The translations under genes were made by a program, and so were the position numbers. Shown here one piece after another: positions 18,250 to 26,829 of a stretch of DNA of 64,000 nucleotides; the stretch's first letter is position 1, and each line of letters begins with the position of its first letter. Source of the DNA: a virus (lineage: Duplodnaviria > Caudoviricetes); the IMG/VR virus record IMGVR_UViG_3300009873_000009, positions 8,733 to 72,732 of that record. One strand, 5' to 3'. Below the pieces are notes generated by a model. It searched no databases. It saw nothing but the letters and a program-made list of their open reading frames with translations, and had not been told where the DNA came from.

Positions 18250-19188
18250 CTAGGTCAGGGTCGCCGGGATTCCCAGCAACAGGAAATTGGACTCCGCATA
18301 CCTCTCCAACGTGATCACGGCAGGGTCCGCTCCTCCCTGCACTGGACGGCCTTGTCCGTCCAAGAACACGCGAGTGTTCTCACCATTGATGTCTTTATAT
18401 TGCTCGAAGTTCTTCGGATCGGTCAGGTCCGCTATTCCGGGATCTAGTTTGTTGTCCTTCAACGCGCTGCCAGGCGCCCAGCCAAGCAAGCACATCGTTC
18501 CCTCATCCAGCACTCGCCGATCCCAGGTGTTGCCGTTGGCCTCGAATTCATACACCACGGTGAAGTAGAACGAGCAAGTGCCGTACAGCTGGCGTTGCCA
18601 GGTTGCCGAGGAGAGCTTGATCATCCGCGAACCAAGCCCCCACAGCGAACTGTCGTTGACAGTATTGGCCATCGCGGCGATGACACCAAGGGGCAGAGTC
18701 CCAATATTCATCTCGACCCGGACGGAGGGGCGGGTCTCATCAAACTCCACCATCTTGCCGCGAATCTGTTCCAAGGCGCTGTTGCGGAACGGATTCCCGA
18801 AGCGGTCCTCGTGGCACTCCACGGACTCGGCAGCAAACGAACCGCTGATCTTGGGAGGCTCGGCGAGGGGGCTTTCAATGGACGAGTCCTGGCAGCGCTT
18901 CAATGGCTTGGTGCTGAAAAGCTGCTCGACCGTCCAGAGCGTCGACTTCTCCTGTCCCTGCATGTGCTGCTGAACCGTCCAGTTGGGCCAGCAGTAGGCC
19001 CACGGATCGTGATCAGCGAAGAAGGACCACGACGATCCCACCGAGGGGAGTCCGGGACAGTTGAAGACAGCCGCCGGCCCGAGCTCGACGTCTCGAGTGT
19101 CTATCAGCCATTTCATTCGGTACTCGCGGTGCCCGTCCTTGTCGCGGCTACCGCTCCACCCAATCTCTCCCAAAACAATGGCAGACAT
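18250..19188 (-). CDS. probable distal tail/hub protein
   Basis: Immediately downstream of the tape measure gene; beta-rich, 312 aa. Confidence 0.55.
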   Translation of the reverse strand: MSAIVLGEIGWSGSRDKDGHREYRMKWLIDTRDVELGPAAVFNCPGLPSVGSSWSFFADHDPWAYCWPNWTVQQHMQGQEKSTLWTVEQLFSTKPLKRCQDSSIESPLAEPPKISGSFAAESVECHEDRFGNPFRNSALEQIRGKMVEFDETRPSVRVEMNIGTLPLGVIAAMANTVNDSSLWGLGSRMIKLSSATWQRQLYGTCSFYFTVVYEFEANGNTWDRRVLDEGTMCLLGWAPGSALKDNKLDPGIADLTDPKNFEQYKDINGENTRVFLDGQGRPVQGGADPAVITLERYAESNFLLLGIPATLT

Positions 19189-19191
19189 GAT

Positions 19192-22100
19192 CTACAGCTC
19201 CGCGAGTTTGATTGTCATGATCTCGCCAGGTTCCTTGCGAGTGTTGTCGGCAATGATCTCCAGATGCCGAGCCATCTCCGCCTCCTTGGCGTTCTGGATT
19301 TTGTCGGGCACCGCAAACTGGAAGCGGTCCACTCGCGCGGCGTCCGGTCCGAGGCGACGAGGAGCAACAGGCTCAACAGCCGCCACCCCTTCCCCCTTCA
19401 ACGCCCGCTCCGTCATGTCGCGATGCTTGCGGAAAGCGTCCAGCCGCGCCATCGCCTCCGCACTGCCCGCCTCCACCGCGTCAATGCCTGTCACCTTGAA
19501 GTCTACCTTCAAGTCCTTGGCCATCTGCTTTCGTGCTTCGGCCATTTCATAGTTGAAGGCTTGAAGACTGATTCGGTTCTTGTCCAGCAGTCCCTTCAAC
19601 TCCTCCTCGGTCTTCTTGAAGCGCTCCATCGGAGAAGCGTATTTCTGCATGATCTTCTCCGCTTTCTCCATGGCCTTCTTCTCATCCTCCAAAGCACGTA
19701 GCTTCTTGGACAAAGCTCGAACGCCATCCAGTTGAGCGTCTGTAGCTCCTCGCTGGGCGAGCTCCCACTGCTTGATTTCGTCTGAGTGCATGCCGAAAGT
19801 AGCGATCTGCTTCTTGATCTCATCCTCAAGCTCGCCAATCTCGCCAGACAGCTCGGAGGTCATCGCCTCCGCCCCTCCATCCAACATCGGGGCGTGTTCC
19901 ACCATTGCTGTGTTCACCGCAGCATAATAGTCTTGGACCACCTTATCCGCGTAGACATCCATCTGCTGCGGGATGTCGTATTTGAATTCCGGCGCACTCT
20001 TCAGCGAGGAGACGAATCCTTCCAAGGGCAGCTTGAGGTTCTTGCCCTCCTCAGCCATAACCCGATTCATCTCCCCAATGAGATCCGTGTTGTGCATCCC
20101 CGCCTGGAAGTCTCCACCCATCTTGGCGAAGAAGTCCGAGAAGGAAACCTCCCGGCCCATCAGGCTGTTCTTGATAACCTCCCACAGCTTCTTGCCGAAC
20201 TCGATCAGGTATCCGGAGGCGACTTTCAGTCCGTTCCAGATCGCTTCGTTGAACTCCCCTTGGAACAACCGGGTGAACATACCGGAGAGCCAACCCTGCC
20301 AGACTGTCCAGAGTCGGAAGACAGTCTTCAACGCCACCATGGTGTTATGCTCCATGTTGGAGTGGTAGGTGGCCAACAGCCCCGCCATGTCCGTCAGCAC
20401 TCCCCGCCAGTTGTCCGGAATCCATTTCATGAACGCTTGGAAGTTGTGCTGGATGTTATACAAGAACCCGCGGGCCTTCGTCACAAAGTTCTCGAGCCAG
20501 ATGACGCTTTGCTCCCACGCGTACTGCATTCCCTCCGGTCCCACAATAGCGTAAGTGATTCCTCCCACCGCTGCGGCAATAGCAGCGACCGCCGCAACGT
20601 AGGGAGCCACGGCAAGACCGGCCGAAATAACACCGGCGAGCGAGCCAACAGCAGTCACCACCAAGCCCAAGGCGGTCACAGCGGAACCAAGCATCACAAG
20701 GAGAGGACCGACAGAAGCAGCCACCGCCGCTATAATGAAAGCAGCTTGCTTCATTTCCGGGCTCAACGCCCTCCACCATTCAATGCCCTGGCGGACATAT
20801 TCGTTGAGCTGGAGAATGTAAGGAGCCAGAGCTTGTCCGATCTCGATCGCCACCAGCGTCAACTGATTCTGGAGGATTTTCATCTGGCTGGCGAAGCTTG
20901 CCATCTGCTTATCCGCCACGTCCTTCGTCACCCCTCCCGCCTCACGCAGTCCCTTTTCATACGCTTCGATCTTGTCTGAAGTGCCGAGCAAGGCCTTGAT
21001 TGCGGCAACAGACCTGTCCTGAAAACCAAGCATGGCGAAAGTCGCCGACTTCTGTTGGTCGGACATACTGCCTAGCTTGTCCTCCAGCTGGCGGATGATC
21101 TGGACCATCGGGAGCATCTTGCCAGAACCATCGTACACCGAAACACCCAGGCGTTTCCAGTCGTCGGCTTGCTTCCGGCTCGAGGTCTGTAAATCCCGCA
21201 GCACGATATCCAGCTTCTCGCCAGCCATCTCAGCCTTGACGCCTTGGTCCGCATAAGCCGCCAAGACCGCAACTCCTTCCTCAACGTCCTTGTTTAGGAG
21301 ACGCAAAGCCGTGCCGGACTTGGTTGTGAGCGCGACGGAGAATTGCTCCACCGAAGCATTGGCCAAAATGTTGGCCTTGGTCAACACGTCGGAGAGACGC
21401 GTCATGTTCTCCATGTGGACTGCCGAGTCCTTGGAGCTCAACCCTAGAGCGGACTGCGCATCAGTCAGCAAATCAGTAGCTCGTGCCATGTCAAAAGCGC
21501 CAGCCGTGGCAAACTTCTCGACAACAGGCAACGAAGCCATAGACTGCTCGGCATTCAAACCAGCCGAAGCAAGGAAGAAGTAAGACTCCGCCAGCTTGTC
21601 CGGACCGATAACACCACTGGCCGCCAAGTCCTTGGCCACGTCCGCCATCTGGCGACGGGTTCCATCACTAAGATCCCCCATGATGGATAGGGACTTGGTC
21701 ATGGCGTCGTCAAACTTGCTAAACTCATTCACCGCCACAGCGGCGAACGCCACGATCGGTCCTGTGACCGCAAGAGACATCTGCTGCCCAAATCCGGAAA
21801 TACGATCCCCCACCATCCCAATGCTTTGACCAAGATTGGTCAACCGTTCAGATAGAGGAGGGACTTTCTCCCCAGCCTCCCCCAGCTCCTTCTCCAGCTG
21901 GTTCGTAGCGCGATTGTAGTTCTCGAGTGGAAGCAGGCCGGCGTTATAAAGCATCGTTAGTTCGGCGAGCTTCTTGGCGTGGCGCTCCTCGGGAGTCAGA
22001 GTCCCTTCAATGACAGACTTGGCACGAGCGACTGCGTTGTTGTACGCCTCCTGCGAGCCGGTCAGAGTCGGCAGCTTGGAATTGGTTTGAGCTAGTGCCC

Positions 22101-22404
22101 GGTTGTACGTCTCCTGGGTGATGTGACCACCGGCAAGGAGCATACCAAGCTCCTCAACGCTCTGTGCGTACTGCTCCATCGGAGTGGCCGTTGCCGCAGT
22201 GATCTCCGCCGCACGGCGCATAGCCTCGGCTTGAGCGTCCAAGGCGTCCTTGGAAGCCTGCTCGATGTTCTTGACGGCGTCGGCGGTCAATTCCTCCGCC
22301 ATCACAAGGACGTCGGTGTAACTATCCCCGTCCGCAAGGAGGGTGAAGACGAGACTTTCAACGTCCCCTCCTCCCCCTCCGCCGCTATTTCGTTCTCGGG
22401 CCAT
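19192..22404 (-). CDS. tail tape measure protein (TP901 family)
   Basis: 1070 aa, helical and Ala-rich; FDDAM.K, GFQDRS.AA..ALL, Trp-spaced repeats; follows the tail chaperones. Confidence 0.93.
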   Translation of the reverse strand: MARERNSGGGGGGDVESLVFTLLADGDSYTDVLVMAEELTADAVKNIEQASKDALDAQAEAMRRAAEITAATATPMEQYAQSVEELGMLLAGGHITQETYNRALAQTNSKLPTLTGSQEAYNNAVARAKSVIEGTLTPEERHAKKLAELTMLYNAGLLPLENYNRATNQLEKELGEAGEKVPPLSERLTNLGQSIGMVGDRISGFGQQMSLAVTGPIVAFAAVAVNEFSKFDDAMTKSLSIMGDLSDGTRRQMADVAKDLAASGVIGPDKLAESYFFLASAGLNAEQSMASLPVVEKFATAGAFDMARATDLLTDAQSALGLSSKDSAVHMENMTRLSDVLTKANILANASVEQFSVALTTKSGTALRLLNKDVEEGVAVLAAYADQGVKAEMAGEKLDIVLRDLQTSSRKQADDWKRLGVSVYDGSGKMLPMVQIIRQLEDKLGSMSDQQKSATFAMLGFQDRSVAAIKALLGTSDKIEAYEKGLREAGGVTKDVADKQMASFASQMKILQNQLTLVAIEIGQALAPYILQLNEYVRQGIEWWRALSPEMKQAAFIIAAVAASVGPLLVMLGSAVTALGLVVTAVGSLAGVISAGLAVAPYVAAVAAIAAAVGGITYAIVGPEGMQYAWEQSVIWLENFVTKARGFLYNIQHNFQAFMKWIPDNWRGVLTDMAGLLATYHSNMEHNTMVALKTVFRLWTVWQGWLSGMFTRLFQGEFNEAIWNGLKVASGYLIEFGKKLWEVIKNSLMGREVSFSDFFAKMGGDFQAGMHNTDLIGEMNRVMAEEGKNLKLPLEGFVSSLKSAPEFKYDIPQQMDVYADKVVQDYYAAVNTAMVEHAPMLDGGAEAMTSELSGEIGELEDEIKKQIATFGMHSDEIKQWELAQRGATDAQLDGVRALSKKLRALEDEKKAMEKAEKIMQKYASPMERFKKTEEELKGLLDKNRISLQAFNYEMAEARKQMAKDLKVDFKVTGIDAVEAGSAEAMARLDAFRKHRDMTERALKGEGVAAVEPVAPRRLGPDAARVDRFQFAVPDKIQNAKEAEMARHLEIIADNTRKEPGEIMTIKLAEL

Positions 22405-22771
22405 TCTTGTTTCCCTTCTTTGGAGGAGCCTTGGCTGTCCCTGTCAACGCTCCCCAAAAGGCCTTGGACCTGGCGGCTCTGGTTTCCTTCGTCACGCTCC
22501 TGTCCGGTTGAACCCGCTTAGGTTTGAACCGGATCAAGAACGGGTCGAGCTTAATCCTGCCAGGGTTCTTCTTGTTGACCCGCCGAATCTCCTGAGCAAT
22601 CTGCGCAAGATAGTAATCCTGCTTCTCAACGACATTGCACAGGTTGTCAAGATACTCCTGCCACTTCAGGAACTCGGTGGACGTGGTGAGCCGGCGGCAC
22701 AACTGAACCGGCATGTGAAGGTGAGAAGCGAGGCGGAACCAAGCCTCATCCTCACCTTCTAGTCGTTTCCC
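22385..22771 (-). CDS. tail assembly chaperone GT extension (-1 frameshift product)
   Basis: The -1 frame is open from the slippery site: GKRLEGEDEAWFRLASHLHMPVQLCRRLTTSTEFLKWQEYL... Confidence 0.75.
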   Translation of the reverse strand, partial: GKRLEGEDEAWFRLASHLHMPVQLCRRLTTSTEFLKWQEYLDNLCNVVEKQDYYLAQIAQEIRRVNKKNPGRIKLDPFLIRFKPKRVQPDRSVTKETRAARSKAFWGALTGTAKAPPKKGNKNGPRTK

Positions 22772-23139
22772 TCCTCGCCCTCATCCTCCTCCTGGGTCTT
22801 GCCCTTGACGCTCATGCCGGAGAGCTTCAGAGCCTCCTCGGCCAGACGTTCCAGAACGCTAGCGGGCCATCCCTTCATGGTAGCCTCCTTGACCGGGCTC
22901 TCCGACCCCTCCTTGTAAAGGCAGAGTGCCAAGATGGACGTGTGGATGCCCTCGAAGGATTTGATCCCGATGGTCTTGCCCGTCTTCAGATCCTTCTCCG
23001 AGCGGGCTTTCATCTGGTTCATATACTGCTCGCGCTGCGTTCCGTTGAGCTCCTTGATGACGTAGTTGTCGGAGCCGAGCTTGACCGGCAAGGTCTTGAG
23101 GTCCAGGTCGAACGCGAGCACGCAGTCTGTGGTAGCCAT
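22759..23139 (-). CDS. tail assembly chaperone (lambda gpG analogue)
   Basis: Lies between the tail tube and tape measure genes; ends ...GAG GGA AAC GAC TAG containing G GGA AAC. Confidence 0.8.
   Translation of the reverse strand: MATTDCVLAFDLDLKTLPVKLGSDNYVIKELNGTQREQYMNQMKARSEKDLKTGKTIGIKSFEGIHTSILALCLYKEGSESPVKEATMKGWPASVLERLAEEALKLSGMSVKGKTQEEDEGEEGND
22765..22771 (-). other. programmed -1 ribosomal frameshift slippery heptamer GGGAAAC
   Basis: XXXYYYZ heptamer in the correct phase just before the G stop, like lambda GGGAAAG. Confidence 0.8.
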
Positions 23140-23161
23140 CGTCTTGGTCTCCTGCGGACAT

Positions 23162-23203
23162 AAAGCAAAAGCCTGGGGAGGTTGTCCGAGACCCTCCCCA
23201 GGC
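23162..23203 (-). terminator. intrinsic terminator after major tail gene
   Basis: GCCTGGGGAGG/CCTCCCCAGGC 11-bp stem followed by TTTTGCTTT on the - strand. Confidence 0.7.
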
Positions 23204-23242
23204 CACAAGAAACGAAGAAGCTCATCCCCTCCAGGAGGAGCT

Positions 23243-23668
23243 TTAGGCCGAGCGAACCGGAGCGATCTCGTCGCCGTTGTCGTCCTGATTGCTCGGGATG
23301 ATCTGCACCTCAGCTTCGGGCTGCTCGCCTTCCACCGTTTCATTCGGTTGGAAGGAGTTGATCCAGCCCCAGAAGACCAGCGTGTCCCCGTCCTCAAAGG
23401 TGACAGTGATCTCCTGATTGACGTTGATCATCAGCATGATCTGGTCGTAGACCGCGGGATCGTAGGCGCACGTCAGGCTGGACTCGGTGAGAGTCTTCAG
23501 CTTCTTCGGGGCCTTGGTGCGCCAAGCCGAGTTGCGCATGGTGGTGGTATCGTTCTCACCACCGCCGTCAATGCCCGGAGGCGTGACCGTCTTCTCCCAC
23601 AACTTCACCGCGCCGTTCTCGGCGAAAGCGATTGTCGTCGGATGTCCATCGTCCAAGCGTCGCGACAT
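23243..23668 (-). CDS. major tail tube protein
   Basis: PPGIDGGGENDTTTMRN...AYDPA...FWGWINSFQP, typical of siphovirus tail tube proteins; expected synteny. Confidence 0.75.
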   Translation of the reverse strand: MSRRLDDGHPTTIAFAENGAVKLWEKTVTPPGIDGGGENDTTTMRNSAWRTKAPKKLKTLTESSLTCAYDPAVYDQIMLMINVNQEITVTFEDGDTLVFWGWINSFQPNETVEGEQPEAEVQIIPSNQDDNGDEIAPVRSA

Positions 23669-23718
23669 AGCAGAATCTCCTTAACCGTGGAGGGGTTGAA
23701 ACAAGGAAAAATGCGGAG

Positions 23719-24318
23719 CTAGTTGACGAGCGCCGCGATGCGCAGGTTGGCAGTGCCGGCCGAGTCCCCGTTGGAGAAGAAGGCCTTGGTGATATCGTCT
23801 CCGACCACCGGGTTCGCCGACCCGTCGCCGGTATCCCAGCGGAACATCTGGTCCTCATCCAGATCAATGGCGAGCTCGACCCCGCCAGCATCCTCCAGGA
23901 CGATGAGACCCTTGCGGGTTCCAGACGCCACAAGGAGCTGAAGGTCGTCGCCATCAAAGAGGAAATTCTCCTCGATGGGAACGAACGCTGTGATCTCGGA
24001 CTCGTCCGCGGGCAGGTTGTCTCCCGCTCCACCGTCGATGGGGACGGCATTGCCGGCGACGGTGCCGACCGTCATGCCATAGCGACGGCCCCCGTCCCAA
24101 TACACATCGAGCCGCTGGCCGGTGGTGATGGAATGGCCGGCGTCCATCGTCAACTCACCGGTATCGTCATCCGTGCGGGTTGTGAGATTGCCGGTCTTCG
24201 CGGCGGCGAGGGCAGTCTTCTCCTTGGTATTCAGGCCTTCGCCTTCCACAGTGCGCTGCTCACCGTATCCCTTCCCGGCGAGCGACACCTGATTGTTGAC
24301 GGTAGCGCGATACGACAT
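23719..24318 (-). CDS. hypothetical virion protein
   Basis: 199 aa, Gly/Thr/Asp-rich, in the neck-tail operon. Confidence 0.55.
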   Translation of the reverse strand: MSYRATVNNQVSLAGKGYGEQRTVEGEGLNTKEKTALAAAKTGNLTTRTDDDTGELTMDAGHSITTGQRLDVYWDGGRRYGMTVGTVAGNAVPIDGGAGDNLPADESEITAFVPIEENFLFDGDDLQLLVASGTRKGLIVLEDAGGVELAIDLDEDQMFRWDTGDGSANPVVGDDITKAFFSNGDSAGTANLRIAALVN

Positions 24319-24321
24319 GGT

Positions 24322-24771
24322 CTAGTCCTCCAAGAAAGTGAGTGTGATAACGCCGTTGAACGTATAGGTCGTGCGACGCTTCTCGTCCTGTCCCAATCCC
24401 AGGAGGGTTCCGGTCCGACTGATGTTATCCACCCGCCAGACCTCTCCGTCGACAGTGACGTTTTGCCGTACCACTCCGTCCAACGCCAAGGCGATGGATT
24501 GCGCCCTACCATAGCTTATCGAATCGCTGCTAGCACGAACCCGAATCTGGAAACCTGGGTGTTCTATCCTCTTGCCATCACCCATCAGTCTTCCGTCCGG
24601 GAAACCAGACGTGTTGTAGACAGCGATGGCGTTGTCGTGGGTGTTGCCTCCGTCCGGCATGTGAGCAACGTAGGCAATCCACTCCTTCTTCGGCAGGGCG
24701 GGAGTTTCAGCAGCCTCAGCTACACCAAGGTCGACTAGCAGCTTACACAAGACCTGCGCTGGGGACTTCAT
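24322..24771 (-). CDS. tail terminator/completion protein
   Basis: IEHPGFQIRVRA...Y..A..I..AL..., LGQDEKRR..YTFN; synteny. Confidence 0.7.
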   Translation of the reverse strand: MKSPAQVLCKLLVDLGVAEAAETPALPKKEWIAYVAHMPDGGNTHDNAIAVYNTSGFPDGRLMGDGKRIEHPGFQIRVRASSDSISYGRAQSIALALDGVVRQNVTVDGEVWRVDNISRTGTLLGLGQDEKRRTTYTFNGVITLTFLED

Positions 24772-25130
24772 TTGTCAATCTCCTTCCTGACGATCTCTCG
24801 CATCTCAGCCCGCTTCTCTCGCGCGGGCTGCTCCAGGTACTTTGCCTGCTTACCTGGTGCGTGCGCGGCTTGTAAGTCCTCATGAACGTAGATGGCGTAG
24901 TCCATGCCATACGTGACATAGACCACCGTCGAGAGTCCTTCCCCCTCAGCCCGGGTGTTGGCGCTGTTGCGAAGAGCTCCCGTATCGATGGGAACTATCT
25001 TCTGGCTCTCGCGCTGCAAGAAGAGACCGGCCTTCTTCAGACCGACCTGCATACCCTTAGCGTGCTCCTTGCGTTTGCGGCGCAGAGCTTTGATGATCGC
25101 TTCAACTCCCTTGGCCTTGACGCTGGGCAC
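24768..25130 (-). CDS. HK97 gp10-like neck/tail component
   Basis: ESQKIVPIDTGALRNS...YAIYVHE...GKQAKYLEQP. Confidence 0.8.
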   Translation of the reverse strand: MPSVKAKGVEAIIKALRRKRKEHAKGMQVGLKKAGLFLQRESQKIVPIDTGALRNSANTRAEGEGLSTVVYVTYGMDYAIYVHEDLQAAHAPGKQAKYLEQPAREKRAEMREIVRKEIDK

Positions 25131-25474
25131 TACAGATACGCCGTTAGAAGCGTCTCCTTGAGGTTCAGTTTCGGGATCTTGGAGAACTGGCGGATCTCGA
25201 ACACGCCGGTGTTGTTGCGAGGGGTGACAACGTCGAGCACACTGTCCAACGTCCCCAGCATCAACAGCCCGCCAATCGGAGTATCACGATCCACGTACAC
25301 TACCGATTGGCTCACCTGCTTCGTTCCCTCGCGGTCAAGAAACTCGACCGCCATGTCCTCCCAACGGCAGTCGATCTCCTGCGGGCCTTCGTACAACGGC
25401 GACCCTTCCGCGTCCGCGCCAAGCAAAGGCCAATAAACAGCCTTCTGCTTACGCATCCTCGTGATCAGGCTCAT
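25130..25474 (-). CDS. head-closure (stopper) protein
   Basis: 114-aa beta-rich ORF between the connector and gp10-like genes. Confidence 0.65.
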   Translation of the reverse strand: MSLITRMRKQKAVYWPLLGADAEGSPLYEGPQEIDCRWEDMAVEFLDREGTKQVSQSVVYVDRDTPIGGLLMLGTLDSVLDVVTPRNNTGVFEIRQFSKIPKLNLKETLLTAYL

Positions 25475-25881
25475 CCGGCGTCCTCCAGAGTGGGTTCAGT
25501 TCCGGCCCAGTGGACGGAGGGCGGTCGTCGCTTATAGCCGTCCTCCATGGACTTGTTCAGCGCGGCCAATCCTCCCTCGGTGTCGAGGAGCATGGCTTGC
25601 TGCCCATACATGGTGGATTGGAGGTTCAGGCCAAGCTTGTATTGCTTGGCCTCGCTCACCGGTCCGACGCCTTCACTCGCAACTCGCAAGTCCCTCACCG
25701 CATAGAAGTGAGCAGCCAGCCAAGTCTCGATGAGCGTCAACGTCTCCTCATCATAGCCGTAGTCCTCGATGGCGCACACGCGCGTCACAATGCTGTTCGC
25801 CGCGGCAATGAACGGCGTCAAGGTGATGGTGTCGTCCGTCTCAATGATCGCCTGGACTTCAGGTGCGGTTGTTCGGGGCAT
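25471..25881 (-). CDS. head-tail adaptor/connector protein
   Basis: FIAAANSIV...IETWLAAHF...L.ST.YGQQA..LD. Confidence 0.7.
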   Translation of the reverse strand: MPRTTAPEVQAIIETDDTITLTPFIAAANSIVTRVCAIEDYGYDEETLTLIETWLAAHFYAVRDLRVASEGVGPVSEAKQYKLGLNLQSTMYGQQAMLLDTEGGLAALNKSMEDGYKRRPPSVHWAGTEPTLEDAG

Positions 25882-26829
25882 TTAGACTTCTCCCACCATG
25901 GAGGGCAGTTCGTAAGTCGCGCCGGCGTCTGCCGGGATGGTCACGATAAAGTTCTTGGCGCTGGTCCCGCGGGAGAAGCTGTACGTCACCCCTTTGAACA
26001 GATCGGTGAATTCCACCAATCCGTTCTCATCGCTCATCGCTGTCCGCGGCGTGCTGTCATACGAAATGCCGAGGCCGTTCAGCGGAGCTTGACGGATGAG
26101 GAACGTGAACTCGACTCCCTGTTCCGGATCGCCAACTTCGTCGTACGCTACCACGAAGCCGGTTGTCATCTCCGGATCAGCAGATGGCGTGACGGCAACC
26201 TGGGTGAGCTCGATCTCGGCGGTCTCGTCCCCGTTCACTTCCAAGACTTCCGGGGTGTAGCTGTAACCCGACTTGGATGCGGCGATGTCCCAGTCCCCGT
26301 CGTTCAGCAAGAACGTGATCTCCCCATCCACGTTGGACTGACCGACGTAGGACTCCACCCCCTGCGTCATTCGTACGGTGACAGCGGAAAGCGGGTCAAC
26401 TCCGTCCGTCGTTGTGATGGTGACTGTCCTCGCGCCGCCGCCGAGCTGGTCGGTAGTGACCTGCTTAGCGCTGTTCGCCTTGGGAGTGTGATTAGCCTTC
26501 AGCATCCGCATCAGTGGGACGTGAAGGTCGCCAGACTCTTTGATGTATTCCAGGAACAGAACACCAACGTCAAACGGGCTGGCTGCCGCACCAAGAGGGT
26601 CACGAGTCCAATGACCGTCGTCTTGATGAGTCATGGCGTTGGCTTGGGCTGTCGCCTGCCAGGTGCCATCCGAGCACCGCCACCACTTGCCGGCATTAGC
26701 TCCCGACAACGCCTTCAAGTACCAATTGACGGTCCCGGAGACAATGGGATCGCCGTTGGCTCGCGCGAGGAGCGTGAACCCGCGGAGACCTGTTTCTCCG
26801 GCTTCAATGGTCTGATAGTCGGCGGCCAT
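25882..26829 (-). CDS. virion protein with Ig-like/carboxypeptidase-regulatory-like beta domains
   Basis: G.SNVDGEITF.L..GDWDIAASKSGY and SDENGLVEF.DL beta-sandwich patterns. Confidence 0.55.
   Translation of the reverse strand: MAADYQTIEAGETGLRGFTLLARANGDPIVSGTVNWYLKALSGANAGKWWRCSDGTWQATAQANAMTHQDDGHWTRDPLGAAASPFDVGVLFLEYIKESGDLHVPLMRMLKANHTPKANSAKQVTTDQLGGGARTVTITTTDGVDPLSAVTVRMTQGVESYVGQSNVDGEITFLLNDGDWDIAASKSGYSYTPEVLEVNGDETAEIELTQVAVTPSADPEMTTGFVVAYDEVGDPEQGVEFTFLIRQAPLNGLGISYDSTPRTAMSDENGLVEFTDLFKGVTYSFSRGTSAKNFIVTIPADAGATYELPSMVGEV

Noticed and set aside
16341-20979. Long + strand ORFs (583 aa, 368 aa, 397 aa) opposite tail genes
   Set aside because: GC-rich antisense shadows with no motifs or RBS; the - strand genes carry the recognisable signatures.
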